A stretch of DNA of 64,000 nt, from contig JANJXC010000033.1 of assembly GCA_024709225.1 (NCBI GenBank), positions 1,648 through 65,647 on the forward strand, read 5' to 3'. Below, one piece after another: positions 40,395 to 49,846 of this stretch. Made by a program: the position numbers and the translations under genes. The stretch is from Gammaproteobacteria bacterium (GTDB lineage Bacteria; Pseudomonadota; Gammaproteobacteria; Thiohalomonadales; Thiohalomonadaceae). Positions within the stretch are counted from its first letter, which is position 1. Every line of letters starts with the position of its first letter. The notes below the pieces were generated by a model that saw only the letters and a program-made list of their open reading frames with translations, was not told where the DNA came from and did not search any database.

Positions 40395-41359
40395 CAACGA
40401 TGAACCAGGAACACGCTACTGCTCTGCGCGTCGCGGTAATATTGCCGTGCCACTGTGAAGAGTTAACCATTGCGAGCACTATCGATGGCTTCAGGCAACA
40501 CCTGCCACATGCCGAGATTGTCGTGTGCGACAATGCCTCTACAGATCAGACTGCAGCGGTCGCCCGGGCAGCCGGTGCGAAGGTGATCTACGAGGGGCAT
40601 CGCGGCAAAGGCGAAGCGATACGCCGCCTGTTTGCCGAGGTGGATGCCGATGTCTACGTGATGGCGGATGGCGATGCGACCTATGACGCCGCGGCGGCCC
40701 CGCAGATGATCGCGATGCTGCTCGACGGCAAGCTGGATATGATCGTGGGCAGCCGGCGACCGGTTCATGGCACCGCGCAATACCGGCCAGGACACAGCTT
40801 CGGCAACCGCCTGTTCTCGAAGATCGTACAGATGTTCTTCAACTCACCGTTTGACGACCTGTTATCCGGCTATCGCGTTCTGTCACGCCGCTTCGTCAAA
40901 ACATTTCCTGCCGAGGCCAAACGCTTCGAGATCGAAACCGAACTGACCATACACGTGCTGGAACACCGCATGCCGGTCGCGCAATGTCTCACCGACTATT
41001 TTCCACGTCCTGATGGCTCGCTCAGCAAGCTGTCGACCTTCAAGGATGGCTTCCGCATCCTGGTCACCATTCTCCAGCTGCTGCGCGATGTAAAGCCGCT
41101 GCAGTTCTTCAGCAGCATTGCCCTGCTGATTGCCGTCTTTGCGACGCTACTCACACCGCCGATCATTATTACCTTTCTCGAGACCCATACGGTGCCGCGC
41201 CTGCCGACCGCACTGGTGATCGTCGGCATGTTCATACTGTCGTTTGTGTTCCTGACCTGTGGCATCATCCTTGACCGCATCAGCGCCAGTCGCCGTCACT
41301 CTCACCGGTTATCATATCTGCAACATATGCCACCCGGCGGATCACTTGGCAAACGTTAG
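40391..41359 (+). CDS. family 2 glycosyltransferase with C-terminal TM helices (polyprenyl-phosphate glycosyltransferase architecture, ArnC/GtrB-like)
   Basis: VAVILPCHCEELTIASTI...IVVCDNASTDQT...VMADGDATYD (DxD-type), followed by two C-terminal hydrophobic helices. Confidence 0.85.
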   Translation: MTTMNQEHATALRVAVILPCHCEELTIASTIDGFRQHLPHAEIVVCDNASTDQTAAVARAAGAKVIYEGHRGKGEAIRRLFAEVDADVYVMADGDATYDAAAAPQMIAMLLDGKLDMIVGSRRPVHGTAQYRPGHSFGNRLFSKIVQMFFNSPFDDLLSGYRVLSRRFVKTFPAEAKRFEIETELTIHVLEHRMPVAQCLTDYFPRPDGSLSKLSTFKDGFRILVTILQLLRDVKPLQFFSSIALLIAVFATLLTPPIIITFLETHTVPRLPTALVIVGMFILSFVFLTCGIILDRISASRRHSHRLSYLQHMPPGGSLGKR

Positions 41360-41381
41360 ACCGTGCGAGACGCGCAGGGAA

Positions 41382-42449
41382 TTAGATCACCAGCTTCAAA
41401 AGAATCGGACTCACGAGCTTGAATAGCGGCAACGGTGTATGCCGCAGTACGACACCGCCGACACGGGCAAGAGTTCCATCCTGCGGCGTATCGAAAGGGA
41501 GACCGCTCGCCGAACCGTAGCAATGAATCAGCGGTTGGCTTACGCCACCGAACTGTTCCTTGTAGCGTAGCAGCTCTGTTTGGCCCTGAGGCGTACTACC
41601 GAAATCAACCTGGTGACATTGGTCCTTCCAAGCTGCGCGTATCGCCTCCCACATCACCGCCTGGTTTACACCGATGCGCAATGCGTCGCGATCCGTTACC
41701 GACGCCCCATAGGCGTACAGCGCGGCGGTTCCATGGTGCAGAAAAATGACGCCCCCCAGTAGGCGCCCACCGTGCTCCGCCAGAAACAGGCGTGATGCGC
41801 CGGAGGGGGCAAGCTCCTCCGCCATTACTGCAAAGAAATCGCGCGGATAGCCGGGAGCACCCTGCCGCCTGCGGGTGATTACCTGCAATTCTGCAAAACG
41901 TGCATAGTCCGCCATCGCATCCGAGAAATACGTCCTGACGCCCTCGCGCTCGGCAGCTGCAATGCGCCGACGTTTGGCCGAGTGCAACCGTTTCCACAAC
42001 GTGGTTTCCTCGTCGATACCGCGCAGGTCCAGACGGGTGACCAAATGATGCGAGGCGGGCACCATCCCCCTTAACGCTGTGGCGGCGTGGATTTCCAGAG
42101 GCCAAAGTGCCACCTGCGGCTTGATATCCTGCAGATCAAGCGCTGCAGCATGGGCTGGACCGATCTCATGGGACAGCGGCAGACAAACATTAATCTTTCT
42201 GCCCATGCGCCGCTTGGTGACAAACGGCAGAAAGAATGTCAGTGACCCGCCGCTGCCGCGCCCCACCAGGGCATGGACCGGCCAGGACAACGAGCGCTGC
42301 AGCAAACGATGCCACCCCCGGGTGTGGAACACGGTTACATCGGACAAGTCCGCCAACTCGGCGTACAAACTGTCCGGTATCGTTTCCAGCAATGTCAGTT
42401 CCGTAGATAGTGCCACTATGCGTACCCGGTATGGCCTGCTCGCAAACAT
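41382..42449 (-). CDS. FemAB/Acetyltransf_6-like (GNAT-fold) transferase
   Basis: 355 aa. HTRGWHRLL..., LFLAEHGGRLLGGVIFLHHGTAALYAYGAS... and LLRYKEQFGG are typical of the FemAB/CelD-like family (recognised by eye). Confidence 0.7.
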   Translation of the reverse strand: MFASRPYRVRIVALSTELTLLETIPDSLYAELADLSDVTVFHTRGWHRLLQRSLSWPVHALVGRGSGGSLTFFLPFVTKRRMGRKINVCLPLSHEIGPAHAAALDLQDIKPQVALWPLEIHAATALRGMVPASHHLVTRLDLRGIDEETTLWKRLHSAKRRRIAAAEREGVRTYFSDAMADYARFAELQVITRRRQGAPGYPRDFFAVMAEELAPSGASRLFLAEHGGRLLGGVIFLHHGTAALYAYGASVTDRDALRIGVNQAVMWEAIRAAWKDQCHQVDFGSTPQGQTELLRYKEQFGGVSQPLIHCYGSASGLPFDTPQDGTLARVGGVVLRHTPLPLFKLVSPILLKLVI

Positions 42450-42514
42450 ATAACCGGTTGATTATAATGGATCACCTGAATGACTAGCGACTGTATGGCG
42501 CATATACTGCACAG

Positions 42515-43435
42515 ATGAGTGAACTTTTTCGTCAAGTTGCGTTGGCTATACAGCATCAGTTCAATGATTTCGACGCATCGAGCGCCAACGTCGATGATAC
42601 CCTGGTCGACACCCTCTACCGCCCGATTTTTATCGTCGGACCGCCGCGCACCGGCACCACACTGCTTTACCAGTATCTGCTGAAAAACCTCAATCTGGCC
42701 TATTTATCCAACATCATGGCGCTGGTGCCGCGTCATATGGTCAAGCTTTCCCGGGCGTTTCCCGGCATCGCGCGTCATTACACAGCACCGCTGCACCGTG
42801 GCTACCATGGCTTCGTCCCTGGCCTGTTCGCGCCCAGCGAAGCCGGCAAGATTGTGGATCGCTGGTTCCGCGAAGATATCTGGCATGGTAACCAGAGAAA
42901 AATCCGCCAGACCGTTGCGGCCATATCACAGGCCACCGGCCTGCCGTTACTCATCAAGAGCCTGACCAACAGTACGCGCATCGAGCGCTTACATCAGACT
43001 TTTCCCGCCGCGCGGTTTATCGCGACCACACGTGATGAACGCTATGCCGCCCAATCGATCATGATGGCCCGGCAGGAGTTGCGCCTGTCCGAAGATACCT
43101 GGTGGTCGGTCCAGCCGTCCGGCAGCGAGACATTGGCCGGTAAATCAGAAGCATTTCGGGCCGTTTGGCAGGTGATTGCCACCGATCAAGGCATCGCCGC
43201 GGCCATCGCCAGCACCGGCGCGGATTTTTTTCAGGTACGCTATGAGCAGTTTTGTGACAACCCTGCCGGACTGCTACGTCAGTTGATCGATACATTTGGC
43301 CTGACGGCGTCGTCGGCAGCGGCGTCTGCTGACCGGCTCTTTACCCCGGCGACCGAGATTCGGGTAGACATGGAAACCTGGCACGCAATTGAAGATGCCG
43401 TCCGTCAACTGCGTACCGCTGTTCGTGATTCTTGA
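42515..43435 (+). CDS. sulfotransferase family protein
   Basis: PAPS-binding loops: 5'-PSB-like IVGPPRTGTTLLYQYL and 3'-PB-like TTRDERYAAQS. Confidence 0.8.
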   Translation: MSELFRQVALAIQHQFNDFDASSANVDDTLVDTLYRPIFIVGPPRTGTTLLYQYLLKNLNLAYLSNIMALVPRHMVKLSRAFPGIARHYTAPLHRGYHGFVPGLFAPSEAGKIVDRWFREDIWHGNQRKIRQTVAAISQATGLPLLIKSLTNSTRIERLHQTFPAARFIATTRDERYAAQSIMMARQELRLSEDTWWSVQPSGSETLAGKSEAFRAVWQVIATDQGIAAAIASTGADFFQVRYEQFCDNPAGLLRQLIDTFGLTASSAAASADRLFTPATEIRVDMETWHAIEDAVRQLRTAVRDS

Positions 43436-43464
43436 CCCCTGACCAGGTATCGACTGAAACGCCT

Positions 43465-44265
43465 ATGCATACAGACGCGCACCGGTACGACCGCTGGCCA
43501 CGACTGACTGCCATCGCGCTGCGCTGGAAGCTTTATCGGCCGTTCAAGATCCTCCGCGGTGTACTGCGGACCTATATTTTCAAGAAACATTATTCCAGTC
43601 CGATTGACCATGACTGGTGGGATAGCTTTTATGTCGGCCAGGATATCAGCGACGCGCAGACCATCGCCCCGGGGACCACACCTTTTCCCACCATGCTGCA
43701 TTACAACAGCATCGAAAACATCATCCTCGCGCATCTGTTCAACCAGCGCATCACCATCGAAGGGTGCAGCGTCCTTGATCTTGGCAGCGGTGCCGGGCAT
43801 TGGATCGACTTCTACCGCAGTCTTGGCGCCGCTCATATCGATGGGGTCGAAATCTCAACCAATGCCGCAACCGCGCTCAATTTGCGGTATGCCGGTATAT
43901 CCGGGATCACGATACACAATTGTCCAGCCGCCGAATTCGATAGCGGCAGGCAATTTGATGTCATCAATGCTATCGGCGTAATGTTTCATATCGTCGATGA
44001 CGGCGAATTTGAGCGCACTGTCACCAAGCTGACCGACCTGTTGAGACCGGGTGGACTGCTCATTGTAGGTGGCCATTTTGGCTGGCTCGACAACCTGAAT
44101 GTGCAGTTTGACGCCAGCGGGAGAATCAACAAGCGGCTGCGGAGTCTGCGCCATTGGCGCAAACTGTTATCCGCCTGCGCAACGGTACGCGTATATCGAA
44201 ACCGTGCCTTCCGACTCATAGACGCCCCGTTGCCGGAAAATAATATTCTGATGGCCTGTAAATGA
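43465..44265 (+). CDS. class I SAM-dependent methyltransferase
   Basis: Motif I VLDLGSGAGHW and post-I/II LRPGGLLIVGGHF. An alternative TTG start at 43432 overlaps the upstream stop. Confidence 0.75.
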   Translation: MHTDAHRYDRWPRLTAIALRWKLYRPFKILRGVLRTYIFKKHYSSPIDHDWWDSFYVGQDISDAQTIAPGTTPFPTMLHYNSIENIILAHLFNQRITIEGCSVLDLGSGAGHWIDFYRSLGAAHIDGVEISTNAATALNLRYAGISGITIHNCPAAEFDSGRQFDVINAIGVMFHIVDDGEFERTVTKLTDLLRPGGLLIVGGHFGWLDNLNVQFDASGRINKRLRSLRHWRKLLSACATVRVYRNRAFRLIDAPLPENNILMACK

Positions 44266-44399
44266 CGAACCTGGAGATACGACAGGATGCCTGGCCTGCA
44301 CCATTGGGGCATTGCCGCACTCCATTGCACTCCCTTATGAATTCTGACAAAACCTGGAATCTGAACCTGCATCTCGTCCGATAGGCTTCCAACACCATC

Positions 44400-45650
44400 A
44401 TGTTAAACGCCCCGCAACCCCGCTACCGAATCTACACAACGCCCGCCAGCTACTGGTCCATCGCCGCAGATTTGCTGCGCGGCAGTCCTGATGGCGCGGC
44501 AGGGCGGGCTGCACTCGAGCGCGCGGTCAGCGGGCAATTTGGCATCGAACACGCCATCTGCGCCCCACAGGACCGGGTCGGCATCTATCTCGCCGTTCGT
44601 ACCCTGGTCCGTCCGGGACACAAGGTCATACTGTCGCCCTATACTCTTACCGACGTGATAAATATGGTGATCTGCGCCGGGGCGATACCTGTTTTCGCTG
44701 ATATCGATCGCAGTACCTGCAATATCTCCGCCGCCGCGGTCGAGCAACTCATCGACAGTGAAACCGATGCTGTTCTGGTCACTCACCTGCATGGGCTTTC
44801 CTGCGACATGGCGCAGTTTCGCGGCCTGTGCGACCGCCACGGCCTGAAACTTATCGAAGACTGCGCCCAGGCATTCGGCGCGCGCTTTGACGGCAAGCAC
44901 GTCGGCACCTTCGGTGACGCCGGGGTTTACAGCTTCGGCCTGTACAAAAATGTGAACAGCTTTCTTGGCGGCCTGCTGGTAACCCCGCACCAACACGTCG
45001 CCGATGCGGTGCGTGCACTCATGCAGGATTGGCCACGTGAAGGCTGGCGGCGCTTACTCAGCAAGACCATAAAGGGCCTCGCCTCCGATATTGCCACCTA
45101 TCCACCACTATTCAAGCTGTTCACCTACTGGGTGTTCCGCTACGCCTATTTGCACGACATCGGCTTCCTTAACAGGAAGGTCATGATTGAGCTCAACCCG
45201 AAGCGCAAGAACGCATTGCCCGAAGCGTATGCACGCAAGTTAAGCGGTGCGCAGGCACGCATCGTGCTGTCACAATTGAAGGACGTCGACCGTTTCAGCC
45301 AGATACGCATCGAAATTGCGCGGATCTATCACGAGGGCCTGTCCGACATCCCGGGGCTGATCTGCCCACCGTTCGTCGAAGATGGCTCGCACATCTATAC
45401 CTATTACCCGCTGCAATCGACTCAGCGTACAGAACTCATCCGTCACATGGTCGAGCAGGGACGGGATGTCGCCGTGCAACATCTGCGCAACTGCGCCGGA
45501 TTGGAATGCTTCGAGGAATTTTCCCGCGACTGTCCCAATTCCGCAGCCACCGCCGAGCAATGCATTCTGCTGTCGACCTATCCACGCTTTGGCCTGGATG
45601 AGGCACGCCGCAACGTCGAGGTGATCCGGCGCTTCTACGGTGCGGCCTAG
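44400..45650 (+). CDS. DegT/DnrJ/EryC1/StrS-family PLP-dependent aminotransferase
   Basis: VLVTHLHGLSCDM, IEDCAQAFGA, and YSFGLYKNVNSFLGG (PLP-lysine context). Confidence 0.85.
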   Translation: MLNAPQPRYRIYTTPASYWSIAADLLRGSPDGAAGRAALERAVSGQFGIEHAICAPQDRVGIYLAVRTLVRPGHKVILSPYTLTDVINMVICAGAIPVFADIDRSTCNISAAAVEQLIDSETDAVLVTHLHGLSCDMAQFRGLCDRHGLKLIEDCAQAFGARFDGKHVGTFGDAGVYSFGLYKNVNSFLGGLLVTPHQHVADAVRALMQDWPREGWRRLLSKTIKGLASDIATYPPLFKLFTYWVFRYAYLHDIGFLNRKVMIELNPKRKNALPEAYARKLSGAQARIVLSQLKDVDRFSQIRIEIARIYHEGLSDIPGLICPPFVEDGSHIYTYYPLQSTQRTELIRHMVEQGRDVAVQHLRNCAGLECFEEFSRDCPNSAATAEQCILLSTYPRFGLDEARRNVEVIRRFYGAA

Positions 45651-45653
45651 CCA

Positions 45654-47321
45654 ATGCGTGTAGCAATTATCGGCTCCGGTCCTTCTGGTATCGCGGCCGC
45701 AGCGGTTTTCGCCGAACAGGGAATTCCGGTTGACCTGTTCGATGGCGGTGAAGCGCTCGAACCGCCTGCTCGCAATACCGCGGAACTGATTGCCGAAAAA
45801 CTTCGCCAGGAGAGTTGCCTCCAACGCAGCGATATGTCCGCCCTGCGTTTTGGTCCTGCACAACGTAGTTTCGGAAGATTGTTGTATAACGCCGTTACAG
45901 CGGCATTTATCAAACAGCTGCCTGCCCGCCAGCTGGAGAAAAATATATTCGGCTCCAATTTCGCATTCCGCTCAACGGAACACGGCATCCCGCTACACGG
46001 TGCATGGATGCCACGCTCACTGGCAACCGGCGGATTATCCAACGTCTGGGGCGCCGCATGCTATCCGTTACGGCATGACGACTACATCGACTGGCCGCTC
46101 ACCGAAGCCGAACTGGCCCCCTGGTATGCGAAGGCGCAGACTCTGGCGGGTGTCTGTGCCGCCGCTGATCAGCTGGAAGATGCCTATCCGATTTACCCCG
46201 CCGCAGCAAAACTGGGCAACCATGCTACGTTCGATCCCGGCTCACCGGTCGAAAGCCTGCTGTCACAATGGAAAATCAAGAGTGGAGAATTGCGCACACA
46301 CGGCCTCACCGGCGGGCGTCCACGACTGGCCGTCATGCCGCCCAGTGAAACAGGTGCGGGATGCCGGCGTTGCGGGCTTTGCCTGTTCGGCTGCCCGCTC
46401 GATGCCATCTGGCATGCCGACAAGGCAATTCCTGCCCTCAGTGCACGTTCCCGACTGACGCACCGACCCGGAGCCTTCGTCCGTCATCTGAAACGGGATG
46501 ACCGTGGACTGTGGCTGGTTACCGGCGCCCCGGACGCACCTGTCACCGAACAAGGTCCTTACGATAAAGTTCTGCTGGCCGCGGGCCCGCTGTCTTCTCT
46601 GCGCATTGCTGTTGATAGCCTCGGGCTGACCCAGCACCGTTGCCGACTCGTCGAAAATGACACCTATGTGCTGCCCTTCCGGCTTACTGCACCGCTAACC
46701 ACATCAGATACTGGACCGGTGCAGTTCGCCTTGAGTCAAGCCGTACTTGCCGTCGAGCCCGGTGTGCTGGGTAGGCGGCCGGCACATTTACAGTTCTATC
46801 GCATCACCGAGCCTATTCTCGGTGCCATCGGTCAGCTACTTGCCACCCTGCCTGCAAATCTTGGAGCGACGGTATTTCGTCTTTTGCGCTATCACCTGAT
46901 GGCCCTGGTCTACCTGCACAGCGATGACTCACGCCGCATCGAAGTGCAGATCGATGGCAAAGACGGCCCCCTTAGCAGATTGCGTATCAATGCAACGGAA
47001 CATGACCATCGTCCCGAACTGCGACAGTTTGGCTCCCTGCTCGCCGCAGCCCAGCATGCTACGGGACTCAAGCCACTGACCGCACTGGCTCGCATCGGCC
47101 CTCCCGGATTCTCCGGACATATCGGCGGCACTATGCCACTATCCACGACACCAACACTGTTGCAGTGTCAAGTTGATGGACAGCTGGAAGGATTGCCTAA
47201 CGTGTATGTTGTCGACATGTCGGTGTTCCCGGCCATGCCGGCGCAGAACCCGACCTTGACATCGATGGCCAACGCCATGCGCTGTGCAGCAACGATATGC
47301 AAATCACGCAACAGCGAGTAA
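45654..47321 (+). CDS. FAD-dependent oxidoreductase, GMC-like
   Basis: N-terminal MRVAIIGSGPSGIAAA (GxGxxG) and the C-terminal GMC-type motif VYVVDMSVFPAMPAQNPTLTSMANAMR. Confidence 0.75.
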   Translation: MRVAIIGSGPSGIAAAAVFAEQGIPVDLFDGGEALEPPARNTAELIAEKLRQESCLQRSDMSALRFGPAQRSFGRLLYNAVTAAFIKQLPARQLEKNIFGSNFAFRSTEHGIPLHGAWMPRSLATGGLSNVWGAACYPLRHDDYIDWPLTEAELAPWYAKAQTLAGVCAAADQLEDAYPIYPAAAKLGNHATFDPGSPVESLLSQWKIKSGELRTHGLTGGRPRLAVMPPSETGAGCRRCGLCLFGCPLDAIWHADKAIPALSARSRLTHRPGAFVRHLKRDDRGLWLVTGAPDAPVTEQGPYDKVLLAAGPLSSLRIAVDSLGLTQHRCRLVENDTYVLPFRLTAPLTTSDTGPVQFALSQAVLAVEPGVLGRRPAHLQFYRITEPILGAIGQLLATLPANLGATVFRLLRYHLMALVYLHSDDSRRIEVQIDGKDGPLSRLRINATEHDHRPELRQFGSLLAAAQHATGLKPLTALARIGPPGFSGHIGGTMPLSTTPTLLQCQVDGQLEGLPNVYVVDMSVFPAMPAQNPTLTSMANAMRCAATICKSRNSE

Positions 47322-47326
47322 AGACC

Positions 47327-48301
47327 ATGAAAACACCGCTGTCCGCACTGGCGGCAACCCTGTTTGCCGGATTGTTGCTTTACCTGCTCGTCAATTACTC
47401 CGGATTGACGACGGAGGATCTGACCCCTCTCCTGAAAAGCCCAAGTGTACTGGCATTGTGCGGGATCTTGGTGGCGTCCTTCGGGCACATGACATGCAGC
47501 GCACTAAAATGGCACCTCATCGTGCGACGTATCGCACCCGCACAGGCCAACCAGGCGGGGCACATGTTTTTCCTGTTCTACACTACGTTGTCTGCGGCGC
47601 TGGCCCAATTTGTAATGGTGCACCTCGCCTCGTTGCTGGTACGCGGGCTCGCCATGCGCATCCATCATCGGGTGCCTTTCGTGCATGGCGCCGCCACATC
47701 AATATTCGAGCAGCTATTTGATGTCTACGTGTTGCTGCTGTTTGCCATTTGCGGCGTGATTGCCTGGTATGCCGACCTTACGCCAGCGATCTGGCCGGCA
47801 GTTGTCATCATCGTCGTTGTGGTCGGCTGGTTTGCACTGTTCTTGACACTGCGCATGTTGCAGGTCCATAGCATCACCTACCAAGGCAGCTACCGAATCT
47901 TGCGTTCGATAGCAGGTTGGTTAACCACCTGTCGTAGTTTCGATCTTCTGGAAGGTCACCTGGTATTGCGGCTTTACGGACTGTCGCTGTTGCGTTACTT
48001 TTTCATGGCTCTGCGCATGTTTATCGTGGTGGTGGCTGTAGCACCGGCAATCGATCTTTTCGATGCAGTCATCGGGTTTACCGTCGTACAGACATCGCAA
48101 CTGATCGCAGTGACACCGGGTAGTCTCGGCATTACCGAATGGACGTGGGCCGGCTATCTTTCTCTGCTCGGCTATTCGACCACTGTTGCAACGGCCTTCT
48201 CTCTTGCACTGCGCATTCTGTCCTACGCATCCATTCTAGCCGTGCTTTGTCTGGCGGGATTGCTGCTCACCCTGGAAAAATTTCTACAGCATCGCCCATG
48301 A
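47327..48301 (+). CDS. flippase-like (LPG_synthase_TM / UPF0104) membrane protein
   Basis: About 8 hydrophobic segments. General resemblance to the MprF N-terminal flippase-like family (by eye). ATG 47327 lies 6 nt after the upstream stop. Confidence 0.6.
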   Translation: MKTPLSALAATLFAGLLLYLLVNYSGLTTEDLTPLLKSPSVLALCGILVASFGHMTCSALKWHLIVRRIAPAQANQAGHMFFLFYTTLSAALAQFVMVHLASLLVRGLAMRIHHRVPFVHGAATSIFEQLFDVYVLLLFAICGVIAWYADLTPAIWPAVVIIVVVVGWFALFLTLRMLQVHSITYQGSYRILRSIAGWLTTCRSFDLLEGHLVLRLYGLSLLRYFFMALRMFIVVVAVAPAIDLFDAVIGFTVVQTSQLIAVTPGSLGITEWTWAGYLSLLGYSTTVATAFSLALRILSYASILAVLCLAGLLLTLEKFLQHRP

Positions 48302-48328
48302 AAAAGGGCGGCTCATGGAGCCGCCCTT
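48301..48328 (-). terminator. bidirectional hairpin; rho-independent terminator for the HDOD gene
   Basis: Stem GGGCGGCTC (48306-48314) / GAGCCGCCC (48318-48326) with loop ATG, followed on the minus strand by TTTTT. It lies between convergent genes. Confidence 0.7.
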
Positions 48329-48359
48329 GGTACAGCCGACAAATTGAGGTGAATACAGA

Positions 48360-49718
48360 CTATGCCGCCATCTTTCGCGCCATGAACTGCAGTCCATCAC
48401 GCATCTGCAGCACTGTGCCCAATGCGGCCTCCGCCTGTTCCTCGGTCAGACCTACCGCCTCCAGCAAGTCGGCCGGCAGGTCGATGCCGGTAGCGTCGCC
48501 CATGCCGAAGCGCTTCAGCATACGGTTGGCGAGGTGCACCAGATTGGGGTAGATGGCGTAATCGCCGCGGTAAGCGCCATCGTGATGCATGCGCACCGTT
48601 TCGATGATCTCCTTGGGCAGGCTCCAGGCATCCATCAGCCACAAGCCCATCTCCGTGTGGGTCACGCCGACAATCTCGCGCTCCAGCTCCAGGATCGGCC
48701 GCTCCGGTTGCGCTGCCACGGCCTTGTTGAGACGATCGAACTGCTGCGGGAACAGATGTCCCAGCAACAGGAAGCCGAAGTTGTGCAGCAGACCGGCCAT
48801 GTAAGCGATACCCGGCGAGGGACGGCGGCTGAACTCGATGGCATTGCACAGGTTCTGGGTCAGTGCCGCGGCATGCAGCGCATCGCGCCAGAAATTGTCC
48901 AGCCCCAGCGGACCGTCCTTGGGGTTACGGAACGACTTGCCCAGTGCCAGGCCGAGGGAAAAGTCCATCACGAAATCCATGCCCAGTACCCGTACGATGG
49001 CCTGCTCCACCGAGGCCAGCTTGCCCTGATAGGCATAGAACGGGGATGCGGCATAGCGCAGCAGCTGGGCCGTCAGGCTGGGGTCCTGTTCAATGACGGC
49101 GGCCAGTTCGTTGGCGTTGGCATAGGGGTTATTGCGCAGACGCAGGATCTGGGCGGCCACGCCGGGCATCGGCGGCAAGGTGTGTACCTGCTCGACCTTT
49201 TCCTTCATGCCCTCGCGCTTGGTCTCCATCGGCGTGGTTGCCTTGGCAGCCGGGCTGGAGATGCGGTGGCCACGCAATGCGGCATCGGTCAGACGGGCAA
49301 AATCGGCCTGCCCGGCACGCAGGAACAGGTGGCCGACGCCGGGGGTGAAGAAAACCTCATCCAGTTCGTCCACCGCACGGTCGACGATAACCTTGATGCC
49401 GTAGGGCTCACCCAGGGGCGGCAGGGCAACGGTTTCGCTGTCACTCAGCAGCGCCTTCAGTTCTTCGCTGCTGCAGGCGGCGAAGTTGCGCCGCGAATTG
49501 CCGTTCAGTACCGCCAGATCGAGGCGATGGGTGGCCGGGTAGACCGCCATCAGATAACTGGAACCATCCTTGAGCACGGCGCTACGCACCAGCTTCTGCA
49601 CCGGAACGCGTGCGGCACGCACCGCATCGGCCAGCGACAGACCCGCTGTTGCGGCATGTACCTTGTACTGCCCACCCTTGCGGGCGAGGTAATTACGCAC
49701 AGTGGTCGGAATGTTCAT
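48360..49718 (-). CDS. HDOD domain protein with N-terminal YbaK/aminoacyl-tRNA-editing-like domain
   Basis: The N-terminal ~150 aa resemble the YbaK/ProX fold (LMAVYPATHRLDL...LPPLGEPYGIKVIVD). An HDOD segment follows (LPPMPGVAAQILRLRNNPYANANELAAVIEQDPSLTAQLLRYAASPFY). GGAG lies 7 nt before ATG 49718. Confidence 0.8.
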   Translation of the reverse strand: MNIPTTVRNYLARKGGQYKVHAATAGLSLADAVRAARVPVQKLVRSAVLKDGSSYLMAVYPATHRLDLAVLNGNSRRNFAACSSEELKALLSDSETVALPPLGEPYGIKVIVDRAVDELDEVFFTPGVGHLFLRAGQADFARLTDAALRGHRISSPAAKATTPMETKREGMKEKVEQVHTLPPMPGVAAQILRLRNNPYANANELAAVIEQDPSLTAQLLRYAASPFYAYQGKLASVEQAIVRVLGMDFVMDFSLGLALGKSFRNPKDGPLGLDNFWRDALHAAALTQNLCNAIEFSRRPSPGIAYMAGLLHNFGFLLLGHLFPQQFDRLNKAVAAQPERPILELEREIVGVTHTEMGLWLMDAWSLPKEIIETVRMHHDGAYRGDYAIYPNLVHLANRMLKRFGMGDATGIDLPADLLEAVGLTEEQAEAALGTVLQMRDGLQFMARKMAA

Positions 49719-49846
49719 TGCGCTACTCCTTCGGGCTTGTTGCACAGGGATAGCCCGATCTTCATGGTTAAAGCCTAAAACACTGTCCTGACCAGGGTTG
49801 CGATACGTATCACATATCGGGAAAACAACGAATTAGCTCGCCCACC

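Noticed and set aside
42463-42468. TATAAT hexamer in the 65-bp divergent region between the FemAB-like and sulfotransferase genes
   Set aside because: It is a perfect -10, but the -35 at 17-bp spacing is poor (TCGCAA). It is plausible, but not enough evidence to call a promoter.
38419-48328. Prophage, integrative element or defence island
   Set aside because: No integrase, transposase, nuclease, helicase or ATPase genes, flanking direct repeats or tRNA were found. The content is entirely envelope-modification enzymes.
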